Source: Candidatus Aenigmatarchaeota archaeon (GTDB taxonomy: Archaea; Aenigmatarchaeota; Aenigmatarchaeia; CG10238-14; SpSt-28). From it: a stretch of DNA of 64,000 nucleotides. This document shows, one piece after another, positions 19,543 to 30,000 of this stretch; within the stretch, counting starts at the first letter, position 1, and each line of letters opens with the position of its first letter. A model generated the notes under the pieces. It saw nothing but the letters and a program-made list of their open reading frames with translations, was not told the DNA's origin and made no database searches. Where the stretch lies: contig JAVYPJ010000001.1 in the NCBI GenBank assembly GCA_038733315.1, positions 103,863 to 167,862 on the forward strand, written 5' to 3'. Position numbers and translations under genes: made by a program.

Positions 19543-19857
19543 TTATATAACCTTAATTTTTATATCGACTTCGTTTCCAAAATCGATTCTCATTATTTGT
19601 TTTAAAACCCTTTCATCAGGCTGAAGATAAATTAATCTCTTATGTATTCTCATTTCCCAAACTTCCCATGTAGCGTTTCCATGACCGGTACCATCTTTTA
19701 TGTTTGCCATAGTATAAACTTTTAGCTTTTTTGTAGGTAATGGTATTGGTCCTTTAAACATTATACCATATTTTTTTGCTACTCCTATTATTTCATTGGT
19801 AACTCTATTTAATTCATTTAAATCTCTGCTTGCTAATTTTATAACGACCTTGTCCAT
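19543..19857 (-). CDS. rps10: 30S ribosomal protein uS10
   Basis: KGPIPLPTKKL, WEMRIHKRLI. Confidence 0.97.
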   Translation of the reverse strand: MDKVVIKLASRDLNELNRVTNEIIGVAKKYGIMFKGPIPLPTKKLKVYTMANIKDGTGHGNATWEVWEMRIHKRLIYLQPDERVLKQIMRIDFGNEVDIKIKVI

Positions 19858-20009
19858 ATATTTATTTTTTAATAAATACTTAGATATAAATCTTTTTGTT
19901 GAGCTTAATAAAATAAAAAATATACACTTTTTTATAGAAATCTATATATTTATAAAATCGAAAATTATTTATTTTTATTTGTATAACTAATCTACTTCGT
20001 GGTAATAAC

Positions 20010-21080
20010 ATGGAGACAAAAAAGCTAAAATGTAAGGTGTGTGGAAGCGAAAAAGTAGTTTTAGATTCAAGTAGAGGAGAGTATGTATGCCAAGATTGTG
20101 GAGTAGTTTTAGAGGATTATATTATTGATTTATCTCAAGAATGGAGAGCTTTTAGTAGCGAGCAGTTAGAAAGAAGAGCGAGAACTGGAAGTCCTTTATC
20201 GATAGCAAAACATGATAAAGGTCTATCTACTCAAATAGGAAAAGGAACTGCAGAGCTATATAAAGTTCCTACTGAAAAAAGATTTCAATATTATAGATTA
20301 ACGCAATGGAGTAAAAGACTATCCACTTCTAAGGATAGAAACATAAGTTATGCTTTATCTGAATTACAAAGAATTGTTTCTTCATTACAATTACCAAAAA
20401 CTGTATTAGAAAGGGCTGCAATGTATCATGAGCAACTTATAAGTAAAGGAGCTGTTAGAGGAAGGAGTTTGGAGAGTATAATTGCTTCCTTAGTTTATTT
20501 TGCAGCAAAAGAATTACATACTCCAAGAACTTTTGATGAAATTGCAGAAGTTGTTGGTATTGATAAAAGAGAGTTGGGAAGAGCGTATAGATATGTTGCA
20601 AGAGAGTTGGGATTAAGAATTTTACCTGCAGATGCTAGAGATTATATTCCAAGATTTTGTAGTTTAATAAATGTAAGTGAAAAGGTTCAAAAAAAAGCTA
20701 TGGAGCTTTTAGAGCAAGCAGAAAAAGCTGGAATAGTTAGTGGTAAAGGACCTACAGGAATAGCTGCAGCTGTTATTTTTATTGCTTCATTATTAGAGGG
20801 TGAAAGAAGAACTCAAAGAGAAATAGCTGAAAGATGTAAATTAACAGAAGTTACTATAAGAAATAGGTATAAGGAAATTATTGAGAGACTTGGTTTAGAG
20901 GCTATAGTAAAAGAGAAGGAGGAAGAATTAGAAAAAGAAAAGATTATAGAAAAAAAGGAGGAAGAAAAGAAGGAAAAGCCAATAATTCCATTGCTAGATG
21001 AAAAGAAAAAGAAGAAAAAAACTATTAGAAAAAAGAAAGTTGTAAAAAAGGTGAAGAAGAAAAAATCTAAATCTAAATGA
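20010..21080 (+). CDS. tfb: Transcription initiation factor TFB with a charged C-terminal extension
   Basis: Zn ribbon, EWRAF, two cyclin repeats, TEVTIRNRYKE. Confidence 0.97.
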   Translation: METKKLKCKVCGSEKVVLDSSRGEYVCQDCGVVLEDYIIDLSQEWRAFSSEQLERRARTGSPLSIAKHDKGLSTQIGKGTAELYKVPTEKRFQYYRLTQWSKRLSTSKDRNISYALSELQRIVSSLQLPKTVLERAAMYHEQLISKGAVRGRSLESIIASLVYFAAKELHTPRTFDEIAEVVGIDKRELGRAYRYVARELGLRILPADARDYIPRFCSLINVSEKVQKKAMELLEQAEKAGIVSGKGPTGIAAAVIFIASLLEGERRTQREIAERCKLTEVTIRNRYKEIIERLGLEAIVKEKEEELEKEKIIEKKEEEKKEKPIIPLLDEKKKKKKTIRKKKVVKKVKKKKSKSK

Positions 21081-21613
21081 AATGTCCCTATTGTAACAAA
21101 GAACTAAAGTTTATTTCTGAAAAGAAATATATTGAACATTTTGGGGAAATGTTTTTTTATACTTTATTTTGTGAAAACTGCGGATTTAGATTTAGTGATG
21201 AGTTTACCCTAGAAGTTAAAGAACCTATGGCATACTATCTTAAAGTTGAGAACGAAGAAGATTTGTTTGCTAAAATTGTTAGAGGAAGTAATGGATATAT
21301 CGAAATAAAAGAATTGAAAATAAAGCTTATTCCAGCACAATTCTCTAAAAGTTTTATTAAAAGTGTGGAAGGATTTTTAAATGATGTATATGAGATAGTT
21401 AAATCTCAACTTCCATATTTAAAAGGTAAAAGATTAGAAAAAGCAAAAAACATTCTCTCAGAAATAGAGAAAATGAAAAAATGCGAAAAAATTTTTACTA
21501 TAGTGGTTAAAGATGTTACAGGAATCTCTAAAATTTTATCACCAAAAGCAAAAAGTAGAAAACTTAGCGAAAGGGAAGTGAAAAATTTAAAAACTTCAAT
21601 AACCTATTTATGA
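21077..21613 (+). CDS. ZPR1 zinc-finger protein
   Basis: CPYC...HFGE...CENCGFR, VEGFL, DVTGIS. Confidence 0.9.
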   Translation: MKCPYCNKELKFISEKKYIEHFGEMFFYTLFCENCGFRFSDEFTLEVKEPMAYYLKVENEEDLFAKIVRGSNGYIEIKELKIKLIPAQFSKSFIKSVEGFLNDVYEIVKSQLPYLKGKRLEKAKNILSEIEKMKKCEKIFTIVVKDVTGISKILSPKAKSRKLSEREVKNLKTSITYL

Positions 21614-23256
21614 AATACTTAGTAACAGCTGCATTGCCATATACAAACAACTTGCCACACATAGGAAATATTGCTGGCTCTCATTTACCTGCAGACATTT
21701 ACCAAAAGCTACTTAAAATTTTTGGTTACAATGTTATTTTTATTGGTGGTACTGATGAGCATGGAAGCCCTATAGAAATTGCTGCAATAAAAGAAAATAA
21801 AAATCCAAAAGAATTATGTGATTATTATTATGCTCTTCACAAAAAAATATACGATTGGTTAAGAATAGATTATGATAACTTTTCAAGAACTTCTAATAAA
21901 ACAAATCACGAAATGACGCAATATATTTTTAAAAAATTGTATGAAAATGGTTATATAACTGAAGGTTTTTTAACTTTAGCATATTGCGAATTTGATAAAC
22001 GATTTCTTCCAGATAGATATGTAGAAGGAATTTGTCCATTTTGTAAGTATGAAAAAGCTAGAGGCGATCAGTGCGAAAATTGTGGAAGGCTTTTGGATCC
22101 GATAGATTTAGTAAATCCAAAATGCGTTCTATGCGGAAATAAGCCAATCTTTAAAGAAACTAGGCATTTATTCTTAGATTTAGCAAAAACAGAAAAAAAA
22201 CTTTTAAAATGGATATTAAAAAATAAACATTGGAAAGATAATGTAAGAAATTTTGCTTTAAGCTGGATTAAGGAAGGTTTAAAAAAGAGAAGTATTACAA
22301 GAGATTTGAGTTGGGGTATTAAAGTTCCGTTAGAAAATTATAAAGATAAAGTATTTTATGTTTGGTTTGATGCTCCAATAGGATACATTTCCTCTACAAT
22401 CGAATACTTTGAAAAAATAGGAAAAAAAGATGAATGGAAAAAATATTGGCTAAAAAATTCTAAAGCTAGAATAATTCATTTCCTAGGAAAAGATAACATT
22501 CCATTTCATACAATATTTTGGCCCGCTATTTTAATTGGTACTAAGGAATTTAATTTGCCATATAATGTTGTTGGTTTAGAGTATCTAAACTTTGAAAATA
22601 AAAAAATTTCTAAAAGCCAGAATTGGGGAGTTTTTTTTGAAATAGAGGATGAAAAAATATTAGTTAGAATTAAAGATAAAAAAATTGAAATAGATAGCGA
22701 TTATATTAGATTTTACTTAGCATATATTTTACCAGAGAATAAAGATGCAAACTTTTCTATTAACGAATTTAAAGAAAAAATAAATAAAGAATTAATTGGA
22801 AATTTTGGAAACTTTGTTTATAGAGTATTGAGCTTCACGGAGAAATATTATAACTTAGAAATTCCTAAGGCAAAATTATCTAAGAAAGAAAGAGAAATTT
22901 TAAAGATTATAAAGGAATCAAAAAAAGATATTAAAAATAACGTTAAAAATGTTGAAATTAAAAAAATTCTATATAAGATTTTAGAGTTGTCTTCAATCGC
23001 TAATAAATATTTTCAAGAAAGCGAACCATGGAAAAATAAAGAAAAAAGGGATTTGACTGTTATGTTTTCTATAAATCTTGTTAAGGATTTGACTATACTC
23101 TTTTGGCCTTTTATTACGAAATCCTCTGAAAAGATTTTCTATTTCTTAAATTATTCTTTCGAACCAAAAAACGCTATAAAAAATGTTGGTAAAATAGAAT
23201 TAAAGAGTTGTAAAATTAGAAAGCCAGAAATTATTTTCAAACCGCTTGAATTTTAA
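21610..23256 (+). CDS. metG: Methionyl-tRNA synthetase (short form, no C-terminal OB domain)
   Basis: ALPY, HIGN, GTDEHG, Zn knuckles, YVWFDA, KISKS. Confidence 0.97.
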   Translation: MKYLVTAALPYTNNLPHIGNIAGSHLPADIYQKLLKIFGYNVIFIGGTDEHGSPIEIAAIKENKNPKELCDYYYALHKKIYDWLRIDYDNFSRTSNKTNHEMTQYIFKKLYENGYITEGFLTLAYCEFDKRFLPDRYVEGICPFCKYEKARGDQCENCGRLLDPIDLVNPKCVLCGNKPIFKETRHLFLDLAKTEKKLLKWILKNKHWKDNVRNFALSWIKEGLKKRSITRDLSWGIKVPLENYKDKVFYVWFDAPIGYISSTIEYFEKIGKKDEWKKYWLKNSKARIIHFLGKDNIPFHTIFWPAILIGTKEFNLPYNVVGLEYLNFENKKISKSQNWGVFFEIEDEKILVRIKDKKIEIDSDYIRFYLAYILPENKDANFSINEFKEKINKELIGNFGNFVYRVLSFTEKYYNLEIPKAKLSKKEREILKIIKESKKDIKNNVKNVEIKKILYKILELSSIANKYFQESEPWKNKEKRDLTVMFSINLVKDLTILFWPFITKSSEKIFYFLNYSFEPKNAIKNVGKIELKSCKIRKPEIIFKPLEF

Positions 23257-23963
23257 TCCTTTTTATATTTTGGAATGTTTCTTAATGCATCAAACATTGC
23301 CTGAATTAAGTTCATGTGTTGTTTTGTTCTTCCGAATGTTTTGCTCCAAACATCTTTAATTCCAGCTAATCTTAATAGTTTTTTGCTTTCATCATCTACA
23401 ACTAATCCAGTTCCCCTAGGCGCTGGCATAAGTATAACTTTAACACTTCCGCTTTTCCCATAACTTTTCCATGGAATTGAATGTGGCTGCTTACAATCGC
23501 ATTCCCAACTACCGCAGCCCATATAAACCTTTATTATGTTTAATTTTGCGTTTCTTATAGCTTTTAAATATGCACTTCTGCCATCTTTTGCCTTTCCTCT
23601 ACCTATTCCTACATGTCCATTCTCATCGCCAACAATTACCATTACAGAATATTTTATTCTCCTTCCGCTAGCAGTAACTTTTTGGCTTCTCTTTACTGGA
23701 ATTCTCTTACCTCCTCCACCCTTAGTTCCACCCTTTCCTATTAATACTGGCTCTATTTTTAAATTCGGTAATAAAATGTCTACTATTTCTGCCTCTAATA
23801 TTTTTAAACCATTTTCTAATATTTCATCTATACTTTTTATTTTTCCCTCTAAAACTAATTTACCTAATTTTGTTTTTGGAGTCCAATTAGAGAGTGAATC
23901 GGGTAAAGGGAGTTTTATATCTTCTGCCTTTTCCTCTTCTTGCCTTTCTTCTACCTCAACCAT
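23253..23963 (-). CDS. rps5: 30S ribosomal protein uS5
   Basis: WTPKTKLG, GCGSWEC, PAPRGTGL. Confidence 0.97.
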   Translation of the reverse strand: MVEVEERQEEEKAEDIKLPLPDSLSNWTPKTKLGKLVLEGKIKSIDEILENGLKILEAEIVDILLPNLKIEPVLIGKGGTKGGGGKRIPVKRSQKVTASGRRIKYSVMVIVGDENGHVGIGRGKAKDGRSAYLKAIRNAKLNIIKVYMGCGSWECDCKQPHSIPWKSYGKSGSVKVILMPAPRGTGLVVDDESKKLLRLAGIKDVWSKTFGRTKQHMNLIQAMFDALRNIPKYKKD

Positions 23964-24483
23964 AATCTTTTAAAATCTTTTCTTTAACTTTATAAAAATC
24001 TTGTGTTATATTTTTAAACTTTTCAATATAACTTGCAATATGTTTCCCTTCAATTCTATCTTCTGTTGGAAAAATTTCATCACTATGAGGAATTTTTAAT
24101 CCAGCATCAATCGCACCTTTCAAAACTGCAAATATTCTATTTCCCTTTGTACTTCTATTTATTCCTATATCCAATATAGCCTCTTGAATTCCGTTTTTTA
24201 AAGCTAATTTACCTATTATTATTCCAGTAAGATAAGCTGCTGGTAAATTTTTACAAGAATACTTCCAATCGTATTTATCCTTTAATATTTTAGAGGTTAT
24301 GCCTAAGATTGTGTAATCTTGAGCTATTTTAGATTTTACTAGTTGTGCAATGATATATTTATTTGTCTTTCTTACGACTAATCTAATCTTTCCACTTTTT
24401 AATAAACCTATTCTTTGTCTATAATCTGTTTTATATTTTCTTCTCCTTTTATATGGCATTATATATGTTGTTTTATGAACCAT
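23956..24483 (-). CDS. rpl18: 50S ribosomal protein uL18
   Basis: KTDYRQR, RLVVRKTNK, NLPAAYLTG, GAIDAGL. Confidence 0.97.
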   Translation of the reverse strand: MVHKTTYIMPYKRRRKYKTDYRQRIGLLKSGKIRLVVRKTNKYIIAQLVKSKIAQDYTILGITSKILKDKYDWKYSCKNLPAAYLTGIIIGKLALKNGIQEAILDIGINRSTKGNRIFAVLKGAIDAGLKIPHSDEIFPTEDRIEGKHIASYIEKFKNITQDFYKVKEKILKDYG

Positions 24484-24901
24484 TTTTTTCCTCTTTAATT
24501 AACTTATGCGTTTGTATATATAACTTTAAGTGTGTAGTGCTTCTAAAGAATCCGCCCTTTGCTAAATCTCTTAACTTTCTATATGTTCTATTATCAATTT
24601 TTCCCTCTTTTTTTAGAGCTTTTAAATATCTCCTTATTGGTCTAATTCTATTTATCCAATGTCTTTTTCTTGGTATTATAGAATATTTTCCACCTTTCCT
24701 TACATGTTTTTTTTCTTTTTTATCTTTTTTTGGCAAAAAGTCTTTTTTAGATTTTATTATTCCTCTAAAAATTAATTTTTTTACATCAGCTGTGGTAATT
24801 GCTTTTTCTGCCTCCTTAATTTTAGATGGGTCTATCCAAACCTTGCTTTTTCCTACCTTTAATATCTTCGAGGCTAATCTTTTTACAGTCTGAATAGCCA
24901 T
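24473..24901 (-). CDS. rpl19e: 50S ribosomal protein eL19
   Basis: KRLASKILKVGKSKVWIDP, WINRIR, AKGGFF. Confidence 0.96.
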   Translation of the reverse strand: MAIQTVKRLASKILKVGKSKVWIDPSKIKEAEKAITTADVKKLIFRGIIKSKKDFLPKKDKKEKKHVRKGGKYSIIPRKRHWINRIRPIRRYLKALKKEGKIDNRTYRKLRDLAKGGFFRSTTHLKLYIQTHKLIKEEKNGS

Positions 24902-24934
24902 TAATATATTATTTTAAAAATAAATTATAATTTA

Positions 24935-25876
24935 ATGAAAGTTTTAATAACTGGGATTGCTGGATTTATTGGATCTAATTTAGCAGAAGAATTAGTAAAA
25001 AAAGGCTATAAAGTTTATGGAATTGATAATTTACATACTGGTAATATAGAAAATATTAAAAATATAATAGAAGATATAGTATTCTTAGAAGGAAGATCGA
25101 AAACAATTATAAATCTTAATGAAAAATTTGATGTTATATTTCATCTTGGAACTTATTCTTCTAGCCCTATGTATAAACAAAATCCGTTTTTAGTAAATGA
25201 AGTTGTAGAAGATATGATGGCGATTTTAGAATATGCAAAAAAGAACAATTCAAAAATTATTTTCTCTTCAAGTTCTAGCTTATATAATTGGAATCCTATA
25301 CCATGGAATGAAAATATGGAAATAAAAGTTACCGATTATTATACAGAAGCAAAATACCTATGCGAAAGATTATGTGAACTTTATGCAAAATTGTTTAAGA
25401 TTAAATGCATATCTCTAAGATATTTTAGTGTTTTTGGAGAAAATGAAGAATATAAAGGAAAGTATGCTAACGTTATTACCCAAATGGTATGGCATGCATT
25501 AAATCAAAAAGAATTTGAGATTTTTGGTGATGGTTCACAAAGCAGAGATTTAATATATGTTAAAGATGTTGTTGAAGCAAATTTAAAGGCAATGGAATTT
25601 GAAGATTTTAATAAAATTCCTTTTGAAATATTTAATGTTGGCTCTGGAAAAAACTATTCGTTTAATGATATGGCAAATATTGTTAAAAAATTCTTAGATT
25701 TAAGAGTAAAATACGTAAATAATCCTATAAATAACTATGTTCATCATACATTAGCCGATACTACAAAAGCTAGGGAAATCTTAAAGTTTAAAACTAAATT
25801 CGAAGTTGAAAAAATTTTGCCGAAAATTATAGAATATTATAGTAAAAAAATTCAAAAAATAAAAATAAAAATATAA
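24935..25876 (+). CDS. NAD-dependent epimerase/dehydratase (extended SDR)
   Basis: TGIAGFIGS, YTEAK (YxxxK), LRYFSVFG, GDGSQSRD. Confidence 0.95.
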   Translation: MKVLITGIAGFIGSNLAEELVKKGYKVYGIDNLHTGNIENIKNIIEDIVFLEGRSKTIINLNEKFDVIFHLGTYSSSPMYKQNPFLVNEVVEDMMAILEYAKKNNSKIIFSSSSSLYNWNPIPWNENMEIKVTDYYTEAKYLCERLCELYAKLFKIKCISLRYFSVFGENEEYKGKYANVITQMVWHALNQKEFEIFGDGSQSRDLIYVKDVVEANLKAMEFEDFNKIPFEIFNVGSGKNYSFNDMANIVKKFLDLRVKYVNNPINNYVHHTLADTTKAREILKFKTKFEVEKILPKIIEYYSKKIQKIKIKI

Positions 25877-25880
25877 TTTT

Positions 25881-27008
25881 ATGCTTTGGATTTTTAAATA
25901 TAAGCCAAAAAGTTTAAATGAGTTTGTAAACCAAAAAGAGGCTATACAAAAATTTTTACAATGGTATAAAAATTGGAAAAATATTAAAAAAGCTGCTTTA
26001 TTGTTTGGCCCGCCTGGAACTGGAAAAAGTTGTTTTGTAGAAGCTTTTGCTAGAGATAATAACTTAGAATTAATACAATTAAATGCCAGTGATAAAAGAG
26101 ATTATAACTCTATTAGAAATATTATTGGAAATGCAGCAAAAAGTTTAAGCATTTTTAAAAAAGGAAAAATATTTTTTATAGATGAAGTTGATGGGATTTC
26201 TGCTAGAGAAGATGTTGGCGCAGTAAAAGAAATTGTTAGAATTATTCAAGAATCGAAATTTCCAATAGTTTTGGCAGCTAACGATCCTTTTGATGCAAAG
26301 TTAAAAGAATTAAGAGAAAATTGCGAATTAATAGAATTTAAAAGATTAAGTGTTTTTGATATAGAAAAAAAACTTATTGAAATATTAGAAAAAGAGGGGA
26401 TAAAGTATGATAAAAATGTTGTAAGAGAAATTTCTAGTAGAAATAATGGAGATTTAAGAGGAGCTATAAATGATTTAGAAATTGTTGCTAGAAATAAAAA
26501 GGAAATAAAAAAAGAGGATTTAGAAATTTTAGGGTTTAGAGATAGAGAGCAGCAAATATTTGAAGCATTAAAAATTCTTTTTAAAACCAAAAGTGCTATG
26601 GCTGCGAAAATGAGTATTATTAATTTAGATATGGAGCCAGAAGAAATTTTTTATTGGATTGAAGAAAATATAGCGAACGAATATGAAAAAATAGAAGAAA
26701 TTGCAAGTGCTTATGATCGCTTAAGTAAAGCTGATTTATTTAGAAAAAGAATATTGTCTAGACAAAATTGGAGGTATTTGGTCTATATGAATGATTTAAT
26801 GACAATCGGAGTTGCACTATCTAAAAAGGAAATGTATAGAAAATTTACAAGATATAAGCCGCCAAGCATTTTGAAACTATTAGCACAAACTAAACAAATA
26901 AGAGAGCAAGAAAAAATAAAATTGAAGGAATTTGCTGAAAAGCTACATTGCTCAACAAAAAAGATTAAAACAGAATTTATGCCATATTTATCAAAATTTT
27001 TAAAATAA
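25881..27008 (+). CDS. rfcL: Replication factor C large subunit
   Basis: WIFKYKPK, GPPGTGKS, LNASDKR, DEVDG, GDLRGAINDL. Confidence 0.96.
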   Translation: MLWIFKYKPKSLNEFVNQKEAIQKFLQWYKNWKNIKKAALLFGPPGTGKSCFVEAFARDNNLELIQLNASDKRDYNSIRNIIGNAAKSLSIFKKGKIFFIDEVDGISAREDVGAVKEIVRIIQESKFPIVLAANDPFDAKLKELRENCELIEFKRLSVFDIEKKLIEILEKEGIKYDKNVVREISSRNNGDLRGAINDLEIVARNKKEIKKEDLEILGFRDREQQIFEALKILFKTKSAMAAKMSIINLDMEPEEIFYWIEENIANEYEKIEEIASAYDRLSKADLFRKRILSRQNWRYLVYMNDLMTIGVALSKKEMYRKFTRYKPPSILKLLAQTKQIREQEKIKLKEFAEKLHCSTKKIKTEFMPYLSKFLK

Positions 27009-27021
27009 AGAATAATTTATT

Positions 27022-30000
27022 ATGAAAAAAGAAAAAATTTTTTTGATTTTTCTTTTTTTTACAATTTTTATATTTAACTTTTCTCTATCTTTTTCTCAAA
27101 CCTGGCTTTCTGGTTGGCAATATAGAATTCCAATAACAATTAGAGAAAATTCTGGGAATACTTTAACAGATTACCAAATTTTAGTAACAATAAATACTCA
27201 GAACTTAATTTCTCAAGGAAAAATGAGAAGTGATTGCGGAGATATAAGATTTACTGATAGTGATGGAAGAACTTTATTGAATTATTGGATTGAAGATGGA
27301 TGTAATTCTACTAATACAAAAATTTGGGTAAAAGTACCAAATATTCCTGCTAATTCAAATAAAATAATTTATTTGTATTATGGAAATCCAAATGCTAATT
27401 CGATGAGTAATGGAGATTTGGTTTTTGAATTTTTTGATGATTTTAGAACAAATCCCAATACAAATGGTAAATGGAGAATTTTTAGATACTCAAATGACGT
27501 TAATAACGAGTTCGTATGGGACAACACAAATAATCAAGTGTATCTGACAAGAAATTTAAATGGTAAAGGTGTTATGGCGTTTTTTAATAAATCTTTTTCA
27601 CCATATAATACCATTACAGAATTTGAAATTTATATTGGCGGCGGTAATGGTGCTGACGGATTGTCGTTTTATTTCGATAAAAACATAAATCCATATATAA
27701 CCTATGGAAGAGCACTTGCTGGAGGCAGTATGGCAAGTATGGCCTTCGATGGTTCTAATTCCTATCTTTCTGAAGGATATAGCATAGGATTCGATACTCG
27801 GCGAAACACCGAAAATGGATATGAACAATCTACGCCACATATAGAAGTTGCAAGGACTAGCGCAACAAACCCTAGTGTACATTATTCGGGAGCTCATCTA
27901 ACTTCCGTCTCTTATTCAAACTTAAGAGGAAATTGGTTGAAGGTAGTAGTAATAATAAAATCTAATGCTGTTGAAGTTTATATAAACAACGTTCTACAAC
28001 TCAGTTATACTGGTTTAACATCTCTAAATTATAACTGGCAGGGGATTGGTGCGTCGACTGGCGGGTATAATGACAATCATGCGATAAAAAACTTAAGAGT
28101 TAGAAAATTCGCACCACAAGAGCCAACATATACATTAGGTAGGGAAGAGTCCATCACTTTAGTTCCCGTATGGCTAAGTTATTTTTCTAACGTTTCTCAA
28201 GCTATAATTAATCAGCCGATAAAATTTTCGAGCTTATGGAATGCTTCCCAAATTCCATATTTAACCCAACCTTCTCAAACCTGGCTTTCTGGTTGGCAAT
28301 ATAGAATTCCAATAACAATTAGAGAAAATTCTGGGAATACTTTAACAGATTACCAAATTTTAGTAACAATAAATACTCAGAACTTAATTTCTCAAGGAAA
28401 AATGAGAAGTGATTGCGGAGATATAAGATTTACTGATAGTGATGGAAGAACTTTATTGAATTATTGGATTGAAGATGGATGTAATTCTACTAATACAAAA
28501 ATTTGGGTAAAAGTACCAAATATTCCTGCTAATTCAAATAAAATAATTTATTTGTATTATGGAAATCCAAGTGCTACTTCTATGAGTAATGGAGATAATA
28601 CTTTTATATTTTTTGATGATTTCTCCTTTAGAAACATTTCCAAATGGAATTGGCCTGACAACTGGATTATAGAAAATAACACAGCAAAACAAACAGTAGC
28701 GAATTGGTGGAGTTCCGAGTTGATCTCTCAAAAACTGAATATTGGAATCAGCAATTATGTTGGTATTTGTATAAAAACGTTGGCCATAAACGACGGCACC
28801 GTTCGGGCGTACGATGTTGTAGTCTCAGTTAATATTAGTAATTCGTGGTATAATTCACCGTTCTTTACAACGTCCTATGCATGGTACGGTTTTTTCGATA
28901 GAATATGTTCTGGAAGTGGAAGTTGCCCGTATGGAGAGACTAGGCAATGGAGAGTCTATGATATTATAATATTTACTAATAATCAAACGTGGTATTTGGA
29001 CGGATCTGTTATAGATTCTAGAAATTCAGCCGTAGGTAATATTATTTATAATTTTGCCATAAATTCAAAAGGTGTTAGTAGATTCGATTATTTTATAGTT
29101 AGAAAATGTAGTAGAATAAATCCAATTGTTTCTCTTGGAAGTGAAGAGATACTTTCCTCATCTTCAAGCGTCTTTCTCTCAAACTACATTTTCTCATATA
29201 AATTAGGAAATTCTCAATGGATTAATGAAACCTATAGATTTGGTCCCGTATATCAAACCTGGCTTTCTGGTTGGCAATATAGAATTCCTATAACAATTAG
29301 AGAAAATTCTGGAAATACTTTAACAGATTATCAAATTTTAGTAACGATAAACACTCAGAACTTAATTTCTCAAGGAAAAATGAGAAATGATTGTGGAGAT
29401 ATAAGATTTATAGATAGTGATGGAAGTATTTTATTAAATTATTGGATTGAAAGTGGTTGCAATACAACTAATACAAGAATTTGGGTAAAAGTACCAAATA
29501 TTCCGGCTAATTCTCAAAAAACAATTTATTTGTATTATGGAAATCCAAGTGCTACTTCTATGAGTAATGGAACTAGCACTTTTATATTTTTTGATGATTT
29601 TGAAGATGGTGATTACACTAATAATCCTGTATGGAATATAGATACCGGTCAAAAAATATGTACAAGCTACTGTTGTGGAAGTTATAGTGCTTCTAACAGA
29701 TATTTAGAATTAACATCAGGTTTTTGCTCTTTAAATCTTTATTCAGATTTACCTCAACCGATATCACCACAAAAAATAGCAATAGATTTTAACTCTTGGT
29801 GGACAGGAACACATTGTTATAATAATGAAGTTCTCTTACTAAACTCATCAAACGCTATAATGATTGGTGGTGGCGGTGTTTTATGTGATTATCATTCTAT
29901 AAGAGCCCTAGAGCTTAGAGTAAATAATAATTTTTATTCTAGCAGCTTGGATTTCCCATATGGCACTTGGCATCGTATAACTATTATATTTAATGGAACT

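Noticed and set aside
19796..19990. 64-aa ORF upstream of tfb
   Set aside because: Overlaps rps10 antisense and the AT-rich divergent promoter region; composition is not protein-like.
23536..24893. 145-aa and 146-aa plus-strand ORFs
   Set aside because: Antisense shadows of rps5 and rpl19e.
27093..29571. DUF2341 repeats as a DGR template/variable repeat pair
   Set aside because: Differences between copies are not adenine-specific, many are synonymous, all copies are in-frame coding, and there is no reverse transcriptase in the window.
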